A DNA stretch of 64,000 nucleotides from Klebsormidium nitens. Lineage: Eukaryota; Plantae; Klebsormidiophyceae. Below are positions 37,505 to 48,800 of the stretch, piece after piece (positions within the stretch are counted from its first letter, which is position 1; each line of letters opens with the position of its first letter). Both the position numbers and the translations under genes were made by a program. The notes under the pieces are model-generated. The model saw only the letters and a program-made list of their open reading frames with translations, had not been told where the DNA came from and did no database searches. Where the stretch lies: assembly GCA_000708835.1 (NCBI GenBank), contig DF237479.1, positions 1 to 64,000 on the forward strand. The letters run 5' to 3'.

Positions 37505-38556
37505 GAGGACTTGTGCAGGTAAAAGCCGTTATAAAGTGAAGGTTCGTTTGGAAGAGTCCAAAGTTGCCTGCTAGGATACATAAGCGGTCTTGGTTGTGTG
37601 CTATGGAAGGTCAAGCGGATGGCAAATACTTGCTCCATGGTCTAGGTGGTTCCTTGTTTGTGACCAGATAGGGTCTGGGCGACGGTCCGTAGTAGCACTC
37701 TGTATTAGGGTCTACGGCATTCATGTAAGGTAAATTTTGGCAACAAGAAGGCCTGCAACTTGGTAGGGGTTGACAGTAATAGGAACGAATTTGGAGATCA
37801 GAATTTACACGTTGCCATGTCGGTCATACCCTGCTATGACCGACCATGGTTGGCTCAAGGCAAATGATTGTAAGTGACCGAGCCGGAGCAAGTGTCTGCA
37901 GATGTTTCGTTGTCGACTCACCATGACTGATATTGATTTATTTTTTAAGCATGGATCTTCGGATAGTGCTGCAGCATGCAGTCGATCAGGCCCGGCAGTA
38001 ATTGAAATAGATAGTTGCAAGAATGCTGGCACGCGGCAGATAGGCAATCGGTAAGGCATTCTGACTATCAGGCCCATCAGGCTCTTGACAATTAGTACGT
38101 CTGCGACTATAACATGTATCGACAACAATAACATTGATATTATAATGGCCGGGCGCGCACCATGTATGTAGTCACGCCCGCGCATGTATTCAACACAATT
38201 CAACATCAGCTCAAATGATCGCGCAGCACGTTCAAAACTAAGCTGGCGTACACTGATGTGCATGCGGGTTATACTAAGCGACGGTACAGTATGATTACAC
38301 CATGGGTTGCAATTCAAATCAACGCAGGGGGTGCATGGATTGGTTCGAACGAGCCGGGTCCGCCGGCATGCAAAGTACATGTACATATGTCTCCTGCGAT
38401 TCAGCATCCCATCGTGGTTAAGCGGATTTATGGAAGTACCGTCTCGATTCCTTGAAATCTAGAGCTCCTCAATAAATGTGGCATCGAATGTTCTCGTTGA
38501 CTCTAGACGAAGGTCATTTGACGGCTCGGGGACCAGTACGCAAAAATGCCAGCGAC

Positions 38557-41500
38557 TCAACTCAGTGCCGCGACTTCTCCCAAGCCCTCTCCGGCATAGC
38601 TCACTAGCGGTGGGATCTCTCCATGCGCGATTACGTCCGGCTCCGAACTTTCCGACTCTTTCTCGGGCGCCCCATCCTTTTTCTTTTTCTTCTCCTTCTT
38701 TTCCTTCCCCTTCTCTTTCTTCTCCTTCCCTTTCCCTTCCTTCTCTTTCTCTTTCTTCCCCTTCTTATCCTTTTTACTTTCCTTCCCTTCCTTCGCCTCT
38801 TCCTCGACTCCATCCGACTCTAAACCGACGGCCGATAGCAGCCGCTTATGATACGCCAGCACCATGTCACGTGCCGTTGCCGGACTGTCCGGCACTCCCT
38901 CCCCGGACGCGTTTTTGATGGGCGCAAACTCCTCCCCCCTCTCCACCTCCAAAACCGCCACTTTCTCCTCCGGGCAGAACTTGAACGCGTCGAAAATGAA
39001 CCGCTCTAGTTTGATCCCGTTCGGCGCGTACGGTTCCACCTCCCGCCACCCCGCGCCTTCTTTGACCACGTGCTTGATCTTCTTTTTCGCTAAGTGGAAC
39101 GGCAGGCTCAAATCATCTCCCCCACCCAGCCGCGACAAAAACTCCGTCGAAAACATATTCACACAGATGTGGGCCGCCCGGAACTGGAGCTCCCCGGGCG
39201 TGTTTACACCGTCCGTGGTGCTAGGTGGGTCCCTGGCGTGAATAAGCTCTTTGGGCAGTTCGCTGTACTCTAAGACGCCGTAGTAGCGACGCCCGGAAGT
39301 GCTGGCGCTCTCGTTCCCCCTTTCGGGGCTTGCTTCCTTTTCTTCTTCGTCGGGCTTCTCTGTATCGTCCAGGAAAAAGTCTTCGTCGGCGTCACCGTAT
39401 TCGTCATCTGCGCAAGAAAGGCGAGCGGTTACGACATTACGAGTAGCCAGAAGGAGGGAAAATGCGGAATGTGATCTTGAGTTGGGGTGCGTCCTTTTCC
39501 TTAACGGGGTTCTCTTCTAAACTTGAGAGGCTTGTTGTCTCCAACTCGTTATCCGCGCAGCACTTAAAGCACGACTCAGGAAGGAGCGACTGAAAGAAAC
39601 GTTGACATCCGAGGTTGCTTCTTCTCGGGAAATCTGCGCTGGGTTTGTTTTCAAAGGGCAGCCCAAGAGCAGAGTTGTGGAGGCGGAAGGGTTAAGAATG
39701 AGTGAAGGAGTCATAGCGTGGTCCGTTGCTCTTCAGAGTCAGTAAAATTGGATCCATTTCTCTCTTTTTCGCATATTCGAATGGTTGCAGCCTATGTGAA
39801 ATAAGACCTTTCCCTGCTGAACGACTCAGATCATCATTCCATACCTTTATTTCAAAAAAATAAACTTCCCGTTCTAATCGTACTGTTCATCCTTGCGAAT
39901 TGGCAGATTGGTCACGACTCCGCCCCACGACTCCGTCCCATGGATAAGCGGCAACAAGCACAATCAGATCAAAACCCAAGCAGCGCCTGACCGGTCAGAC
40001 TGGAAGCGATCGAGGCCTTTCTTTCATCTTCCGCAGCCACTCTCAACCGCGCCGGACAGAGGGCAGAGAAAGATGAACAAAGAGGACGCAAAGGGAAGGG
40101 GAGAAAGATAAGAAACAGGAGAGGGGGTAACAAGTAGGCGCCAACACTCACCCCCTTCAAATTCGTCCTCATACCACTCCCCAAACTCGTCATCCCAAAA
40201 TTCGTCCTCTCCAAAGTCCTCCTCATCTTCCAAACCCCCCGCCGCGATCTCCTCCTCCATTTTCAGCATTTCCTTCCGCGCTTCCCGTTCGCTCATTCCG
40301 GTCGCCGCCATTATCCTCTCCACGAGTTCCTTCTCAACGGCCTCACTAGAGCTTCCCGCCTCCTGCCCACCGGCAGGCTCCGGTTCAGACTCTATAGACT
40401 TCCCGCCCTCCTCTTTCAAGCAAACCACCCCAACCGACTCCTCCGGATATTTTTTCGCCACCACTTTGATGCCCACATCCACTTTCCGTTCCGCACAGTA
40501 ACCATAAAAAACCGGGTCAGCGACCTTAACCAGCGCATTATCCACCGCATACGCCTGCACGTACTTCACCCCCCTGTTTCGCAGCCATTCCAACCCCCCC
40601 GAAGCGTGCAGCGCCTCAAAGACGCCGCCGTTCCCGTCCGGAGACCGCGCGACTTTCCAGGGGGTGTCTAGCAGAATTGGGTTCCCGCTTTTGAGCGAGA
40701 CGCACGGCATGTTTCCCTGTTTGACGAAAAGTATCTGCGAGGGGTCTAACCCGAAATGGGCCTTCTCCTCAAAAAACTGACGCGTGGCGGCGTCGGTGGC
40801 GTCGCTCGTCATGATGAGCCACGGGATGGGAGGGACGGTGCTGACGTCGCCCTCCGTGCTCTGCAAAGAAGGGAGAGGCGTCAGCGATTGGGGTATCAAG
40901 GCGGAGAACGCACTCTCCTTGGGCTCTACTCGTATATTGTTTTCTGGGTGCAAAATATCTCCGTGCCGTCTCGAGGTGGAGAGGACAGTCATGTTGGAGA
41001 ACAAGCTAGAAAAGACCGGCTGCAAAAAATGAGTAAGGCACGCAGAGCATGCAGAACGAGGCCTGCACTTGGCATACGAAAAGACGGGGCTAATCCAAGG
41101 CCGTGCCGGAGGCTGTTTTATTGCTGGTAGCTAGAACCGTGGGCCCGGCGAAGACATTCTACACGCGCATAGTAAAGACACGACGACAAAGGCAGGGAAA
41201 GGGGGACGTCACCGAAATCACCCCCAAAAACGAAACCCCAAACCAACGAACAAGAGTAAGCAAGCGGTCGTTTGCGCACCTGCTTCGCTAGCTCCTGCAC
41301 TTTCCGGAGGCGCTCCGCTTGCAGCTGGAACAGGCTCTTCCCGCTCGGCAGGCCAATGTCCAGCATGCCCTTGGCGGGCGGCGCCTGGGGGCCCAGCCGA
41401 GTGCCTGCGGGTGACGTCACCAGGTGACGGTAGCAGTAGGATCGGTTTGCCGGTTAGAGGTTCACGCCGGTCCCCGACCAAAGTCCATACTAGCAAGGAT

Positions 41501-44500
41501 GTTGGCACTTCTCCTGAATTCAAGGCATTCGGAAGGGCCTGGTTCTGAGGTACGAACGAAAGCAGGGTTTAGAAGCTGCACACTTGCTGTGCGATTATCC
41601 TCCTCAATGGACAACGTGAGTTTCAGCTGTCGCCCGATGCGGATCAAACGGAAGAGGTTCCGGGCACTTCCACGGCAATTGTAAAGTCACTGCGGCTGAC
41701 ATGGGCTGACGTTCCCTTCCGTGAACACAAATCTGTGCTTCTGGATGAGCAGGATAAGTTCCCACCTTGTCCCCCAGCCAGGACCATAGCAGCCACTTCT
41801 CCTCTCGCCACCATTCGCAGACCTTCTTGCCACCAGCGGAGCGTGGCCTCCGCGTTCTGATCCGTTTCCGTTGGCTCTTCCAGCGGGCTTCCGGCCGGAT
41901 CGAGCCCCCGCTCGCCCCAGATGGCCTTTGGGAAGGGCGGCGGCGGGTACGGTTTGACGGGTGCGGCGGCGGAGAGGCTTTGGGCGGACGTTATAGCGGC
42001 TCGAAGGCTCTGGAGGTTGAGGCTCTTAAGGTCCTGCGTTTGGAGAGGAACACGTCACGTTTTGAGCTTGGAGGATTTATTTGGCACTTTAAGACTGAAA
42101 AGGAGACTCCCAATTGGGGACTGCGTACAAAGGTTCCGCAAGGCAAGACGGACGCTTGGAATGCTGGCCGAACTGCACAACCGTTTATGGAATTCTCATT
42201 GTTCGCTTCCTGATAAGTCTCCGTCTGTCCGGTGATCCGCTTGCCTTGTTCAGAAACCAGACTAGGCATCGACTCGACCAAGCTCTAAATTGACCGCGAA
42301 TAGGTTCTCATAGTTCCGCAAAAAGTTCCCAGAAGTATTCTAGTCCACCCGAACCCCCCAAAATGGTAAGTTCGTGATTCAAACTCCCACCTCAAGCAGC
42401 GCCTCCCGCTCCTGTTCCCCCCCCTCGTACAGCCCCGCAAACAGGTGCTCCTGGCCCTCCCGCGTGAACTGTTTCCTCATCTTGCCGATTACGCGCTTTC
42501 GCCGGATCTGCGCGAGCAGCTTCTCGCGACGTTCCTCGGCGGGCGAAGGCCCCAGCTTAATGTTGAGATCGAGGAGGCCTTTTGGGGGGGTCAGCTGGAT
42601 GCGGCGAGAGGCCATGTCGACGACTGGAACGATCTCTTCGACGAAGGGGACCCAGGAGTGGAAGACCTTGCCACTATCTGCACAAAGGGAGCGAACAGGG
42701 TTGAAAATCCGGTTGAAGTCTGCAAAGCCACAATTCGAGATGCTTCTGAGGGGAGTGAGCTGGATGCGGTGAGAGGCCTGTCGAGGACAGCCGGGACGAT
42801 TTCTTCTACGAGAAGTATTGAGAGTGGAAGACCCTTGCCGATGTCCGCTTAGGAGGAGGCGGAGGGTTTGAATCACTTGCTGGCTCTGCGGAGCCATGAT
42901 TTGAGAAGAGCGTTCAGGGCTTCTTTTCCATAATTCTTTTTGCAACGAAGTGAGTTGTGAGCATTTCTTATGTTGTCTAACTTGGTTGAAGCCGATAAGA
43001 GGCGTCCAACACTGATATGACATGGTGAAGCAGGCCAAACCAACGTTTGTTGTGGACTGAGAGAACCATCTCAAGGGATCTTCATTCCCTCCGTCAACGA
43101 CCCGATAAGTGTCCGTTTAATCAAAAGGTTTGGACAGGGCCTCAGACCTTCAACCCGGGCACGCCAACAAGGCTGGGATTGGAGAATCCCTTTCCAATTT
43201 CCTGAACAATTCCTACAAATGTCTGTCAATTCACCGTGTCCAACTTTCCGTAGCATTTGCCATAGAGCATCCCAAAACAAAGCAGCCAAGATTAAAAGAA
43301 CACTTAAGACCCCTCAACTCACTGTTTTGCGCAATTCGAGCAGGTTGCACCCCGCCGCAGGATTATCTTACACGTATTCTAACCGTGGTGCAATATGAAG
43401 ATTTTGACGCCCTGCGGCTTACCTGCCGCCTTCAAGTCTGTCCTGCGCACTTTGAGCAGGTCCCGGGCCCCAACCGAGTACACATCGTCCACGATCCCGA
43501 CAATCTCGCCGGTCTCTTTCAGCACCACCTCGACCCCCACCAAGTCCCGCGTGTAAAACTCGTCCTCCTGCAGTTGCGGGCGGTCGTCTGCCAGCGCCAG
43601 GAGAGAGCAGCCCTGGTAGGTTGCGGCATCTTCAGGGGTGTCGATGCCCTTGAATCTGGGGGGGATAACATGTTGCAATCTGAAGAGAGCAAGTGATATG
43701 ACACTGAAGAAGAGGTAATTTAGTAGGACGGTTTGAAGGGTGCCAGCAGAGAGCAGGCCCCGTAGGTTGCGGCGTCTTTGGGGGTGTCGATGCCCTTGAA
43801 TCTGAGTGGAGAAGGATTGCATGTAGATATCAGAAGAGCACTTGGTGCAATGACACAGTGGTGAAACGAACGAGGTTACAAGGACACTTTGAAAGGCGCC
43901 AGTACTGGTAGGTTGCAGCATCATCGGGGGTGTTGATGCTCTTGCGTCTGGGCGGGAAAGAGGCATTGCTGATGTATTTGGTGTGCAATCGCTAGTGGGA
44001 AACGACTACGTTACAAGGACCGTTCCATGGGAGAAAGTAAGCAGCCGCTCTGATAGATTGCTTAATATTCCAGGGGTGTCCATGACCTTGAATCTGGAGG
44101 AGACGCATTTTTTTATCAGCAGAACAACTAATGGCAAGAACACGCGATGGAAATAACGGTTCTGAGGACAGTTTGAAGGGCGCCAGCAGAGAGCAGCCAT
44201 GATAGGTTGCGGCGTCTGCAGGGGTGTCGATGCCCTTGGAACCAGGGGGGAGATACAGATTTGCAACTATTGAAGAGAGCAAATGATATGCGACTGGAGA
44301 AGAGGTGAAAGTAGCAAAGTTACAAGGACACTCGGAAGGGTCCCAGCAGAGAGCAGCCCCGATAGGTTGCGGCGTCCTCAGGGCGTCAATGCCCCTGAGT
44401 CTGAGTGAAGAAACGCTTCTATCAACAAGTTGGATTCATAAAGCGCTTTGCATGCAATGGAAGAGTGGTGTACGACACCGAGTTACGCGGACAGTGTGAA

Positions 44501-45376
44501 GGTGGTGCGCTTGGGGCGGTCTTTCCGTTGAAACTTTCCCTGAAAGTGTCCAGACAGCAGACACGACAAATCTTGTATTTCAGGAAAATCCAAGCCGGGG
44601 GCAGGCGGCAGTACTCGCTTGCAGAAGCTGTTCAGATGTGTGACCAACGTGCCGTCCAGTCGCCTGAATGGATGCATTTTCCAACCTCCTGACTTCCTTT
44701 TGTGCACCAAATGCACAAGAAGCATTACCACCATTCCATCGCAAACCCAAACCATGGAATCACTGCACTGCCACCTTCCCCAAATTTGTGACTCTTACTT
44801 GAGCAAGATGGAGTCATCCTTGCCCTTCCTGGATGGCCCCCTCCTCCCCTTGAGCAGTTCCACTTCGATCAGCGCCTGCTGCCGCCTCCCTGGCCGGCGG
44901 AACCACCGCACCCCAGGAGTGCCAAACCTCTTCTTAGGGAAGTCGGTTAGCGACCGAATGACCACCTCTCCCTTAATTCCGTGCGTTCCAACCACCACAC
45001 CAATCTCCACATACTCGTCAGATGCGCCGTTTTCGTCGCTTGCCTCTTCGACAGCTGCATTGCTTTCAGGCCCTGCAACTTCCTCTTTTGCCAGTGCGCT
45101 GATCCTGTGGTATCTGCTGCGTGCTTGTTCGTAGAAGAACTTGCCGCACTTTCCAGCCAGTGGAGCCGTCTGACGAGGGAGAGAACTGCAAAGGCGGTGC
45201 CCTTCACCGCTCAGTATAATCCTCTTGGTGACGGAAGGATATTGGCGTAGTACATTCTGATCAGGGTGTGGTCCAAGTGCTTGAAAGCTGTCCTGTTGTT
45301 GTTTGCCAGGCAATGTACGACCGCTCAGGAAACCCGTTCCTGCGCTAGTCAGTCCTGAGGCGTAACAGACCTCCAT
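38557..45376 (-). CDS. rimM: RimM (16S rRNA processing, PRC barrel) fused to a UDP-N-acetylglucosamine-pyrophosphorylase-like domain; 7 exons
   Basis: Exons 45376-44799, 43655-43423, 42677-42391, 42033-41766, 41404-41280, 40860-40152 and 39407-38557. RimM motifs: [40 protein letters not shown]...[13 protein letters not shown] motifs: [66 protein letters not shown]. Confidence 0.92.
43570..44440 (-). repeat. Six tandem copies of the RimM exon-2 acceptor plus exon start
   Basis: CAG|ATTCAAGGGCATCGACACCCC...GCCGCAACCTA-like units start at 43655 (real), 43801, 43947, 44093, ~44241 and 44400; periods 146, 146, 146, ~148 and ~159 bp. Confidence 0.9.
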
Positions 45377-45590
45377 TGCGCCTCCACCGTGCTTCCAATG
45401 AAGCTAAAGCGTTTCTGATCTCCAACTCACGATCAGCGGCTGGTGGCCGCCTTCTCCATGATCGCCAATGCCACCATTTTCTGCCACCATTGGATTCGAA
45501 TGCTCAGCACCATGCATGAGATTGCTCTGGCACTTCACCTTGAAAATGCGCGAGCGCGCGCTCTCTGCCGGAGCCTGAATTACATAATAT

Positions 45591-45598
45591 TAGGGTTT
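45591..45598 (-). promoter_or_regulatory. Telo-box-like motif (AAACCCTA) in the ~450-bp divergent promoter between rimM and TAPT1
   Basis: TAGGGTTT at 45591-45598 lies between head-to-head ATGs (45376 minus, 45826 plus). The same motif also occurs in introns, so it is weak evidence. Confidence 0.25.
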
Positions 45599-45825
45599 CC
45601 AAGGCCCAGCGCTGCCAAAACCTAAAACCACAAGGCCAAAGCTCTGGCGCAGCGAGCCTGAGAGTTATCTCCGAGTCTCGCTATTGATTCCTTTGTCTTT
45701 CAAGAGGCACTTCTTCCCTTGCTTTGCTACATAAAACAATGAGTAGTGAATAGCTTCCCTCCTGTAAACACTAAGCAAACCTTGTGTGGAGGGAAGTCAA
45801 TCAGGTTCCAGCTCCTTCGAAGAAA

Positions 45826-48800
45826 ATGCACGGGAGAAGGGGCTCTTTCAAACTTCTGCCGGCAGACAGCGCGGGGGATGATGACCTGGCGGAAGCGCAG
45901 GTGGGAGCTCCATTCATCAGCAGAACGGACCCCCCTGGACCAATCAAGCGGCCTCGCAGGTCTTCCCTAATCTCGGATGCTGACACAGTTTCTCAATCAG
46001 GACATCAAACTTCCGGAGAGCCAGGGGCAGGGTTTTTGCTGCCAAAAGGGCGCCAGAGAAAGCGGCACCGGCAAAAAGGGAGGTTGAGCTATGCAGGTGC
46101 TGACGTTGATGGAGGAACCCTTGAAGGAACAGAAGAAAGAACAGCGAATGGAGGCGCTTTTGAAGAAGAGGTGGTCGGTGGTCCTGGCGAAGATTTCAAG
46201 GTTTCTAGTTCCAGCGAAGGGCCCGCCAAGAAAGTCGAGACGACATTGGAAGACCTCACCCCTCAGAGCGTTCTGGAGTTGACCTCTGATTCGAAAGGCC
46301 TTTCCCAAGAAAAGGGCGACCCACGCACTGAAAAGAGCGGGGTTTCCCAGGCTGAGTCGAACGGGGGTGTTCACACTGATCCGTACCACCCTGGTGGAGG
46401 AGAGGGTGTAAATTGGCCCGGTGTTCAGGGGTTTGCAGTGCCTGGGCTTGAATTGCCGTCCAGTCCCATCTACGACGATGAAGTAACCCATGCTCTAGTG
46501 CCAAATAAGCCCCGCTTGAGCAGGGAACTGAGCATCGATCTGAGAACTGCCGCGGAGAAGGAAGAGGACGAACTAGAGGCGAGAGAAAGCTCGGACGCCC
46601 GGACGGTTGCTTCGGACCATGCGGACGAGCTAGAGCGGAGAGAAAACCCGTCCGAGCTGCAATCAGTGGTTTCGGACGAAGCGGTCGGACAGTCGTCGAG
46701 CGTTCTCCACAGCCCTGGAGATGTTCGCCAACGGAGCGGCACAGGTTCTCCAGAAGCGAGCACGTTGACATCAGCTGATGATGTCAGCGCTGAGTTGACG
46801 CCCGCAAAGGGGTCCTTAGTTCCGGTCTTTAGTTCTCCGCTGGGAACTAGACAGTCATCAGGGTTTGATCGGAGGGGGTATCCTTTGAATCGACATGGGA
46901 GCGTTGCGTCAACACCGGACGGGCGGGGGGCTCCTACAAGCACTGTAACAACCCCCCGCAAGGGGTTCGATTCGCCGCAGTCATTTTTCGCGGCAAAGCA
47001 AGGTGGGTGTGGAAGGGCTGCCATTCTGAGTCACGTTCTTGTTGTGCGTACTCATACCTGAATCGAAGTCTCAGTCACTGGCGCCCGCTGCCGAATTGTG
47101 CCTCTGTAAAATTCTTTTCGTTAGCCTCTCTGTGTCTTAGCATTTGAAACCAAAGACGCTTCCGTGCGGGAAGGACGACACATTCCGGCCATTCAATGCA
47201 ACCCTCCCAAATGATTTTCTGCCACCTTTGAAGAAGAAAATTATCTATCCCGCACTGCAAAGATCACGGCGACTGACCTTCCTAGTCAGACTGATACGCT
47301 TCAGGAGGTTCTTACTGTGCCCACATTTCCGGTTTGGGTTGTCAGGAAGGGGGTTGAGCTTTCGAAGCGTTTTATGATGTACTCTTTTCCTGCCAGAGTT
47401 GCTTCCTCCCATGGATCTTTCTGTACGGGGCTATCTAGCGGGGGAGGTCGCGAGCGGGAGCACCCTCCGCAACTCGGCTCTTTCGGCAGGCGACGAACGG
47501 CGAGAGCGTGTTTACAACACCATGTTCCACGTTCCGTGGAGAGTCGAACTGGTAAGTAAACGGTTCTTCCGGATGAGTCTTTCCGTCAGTGTCAGTCACT
47601 CGTTCGAGGCAGCCATTTCTCGAGGGCCATTTTAGGCTACAAGCCGTCTGAATTGGACACCGATTGGTTGCACAGAATCGCCAGAGTTCGCCAAAGAAAC
47701 ACGGGAGTGCGAGTCGATTTTCCCGCGCATGTAGGGATACAGAATCCTTGGAGAAGTTGTCAAAACCTCCTACGAACTCGATCGAGGACAAGAATAAGAG
47801 CAAAACGCAACGACTTGTTTCAGCAAGCATGTGTGAGTCGATCATGATCCTGGGAATCGACCGGTAACGAGGTTCGAATCTCGACTTCTTTCCGCACTTC
47901 CTCTGTGTCGTTTCCGTATTCTAACGTCTTCTAATTCTAACGTTTGCATCCTTCTCCGCAGCTGATTGACGTGGGCTTCCTCGTCTGCCTCGACTCCTTC
48001 CTCTCCCTCTTCACCATCATGCCGTACCGTTTTGCGCTCTTCTTTTGGCGGCTGGCGTTTCGCTCGGGGTAGGGCCGGCTTTCTCTGAAGCCTTATCAAT
48101 TTTCCTTGTCACCTTCTGGACACTCCCGTCGACTGCAATTTGACTCGTACTTCTTGAAACGAAGTCATAGAATCTTCTGCTTCGATTGGGCGCCTCGCAT
48201 GCACAGGAACGGGACTGGTTTTGCAGACCCCTTGACACTGCTGACTGAAGGCAGGGAAACATCACAACCGCGACCGATCCAAGTGCAGAGCTTTCCGCGA
48301 CCAATTCAAGTGCAGAGCTTTCCGCGACCAAATCCAAGTGCAGAGCTTTCCGTCCTTTCCTTGCAAACCTCCTGGCAGAGCCGCTCTCGGCAGAAGTTCT
48401 CAACCCCATGGCTGCAGAATCCCGCCCTCGAATAAAAAGGCTCTTAAGCTCAACAAGCTCCGAAGGCTTTGTCTTATTCGTCTTCCTTCAGGCCTTGACG
48501 CCGATAATTCTCGTACGTCGGTCTAACAGATACTGTTATTGCTGTAGGTTGAAGCGGCGGCCGCGCGTCGACGAGTTGTGCGACGCGGCGTGCATGGTGG
48601 TCCTTGCGGTTGGTACTGTGGTGCTGCACTCGGTGGACATCAGCTTCATCTACCACTGGATCCGTGGGCAGGCGATCATCAAACTTTACGTCGTCTTCAA
48701 CGTGCTCGAGGTAGGGGCTTCGCAAGGTCAAGCTTTTAGGACTATTAAGCTTCTGGTTTTATGTGATGTTCGAGTCTCTATCCTTCGATGCATGTGGTGA

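Noticed and set aside
37805-38407. 200-aa minus-strand ORF between NEMP and RimM-UAP
   Set aside because: Non-ATG start, atypical composition, no recognisable motif and no TIR/TSD found; probably spurious.
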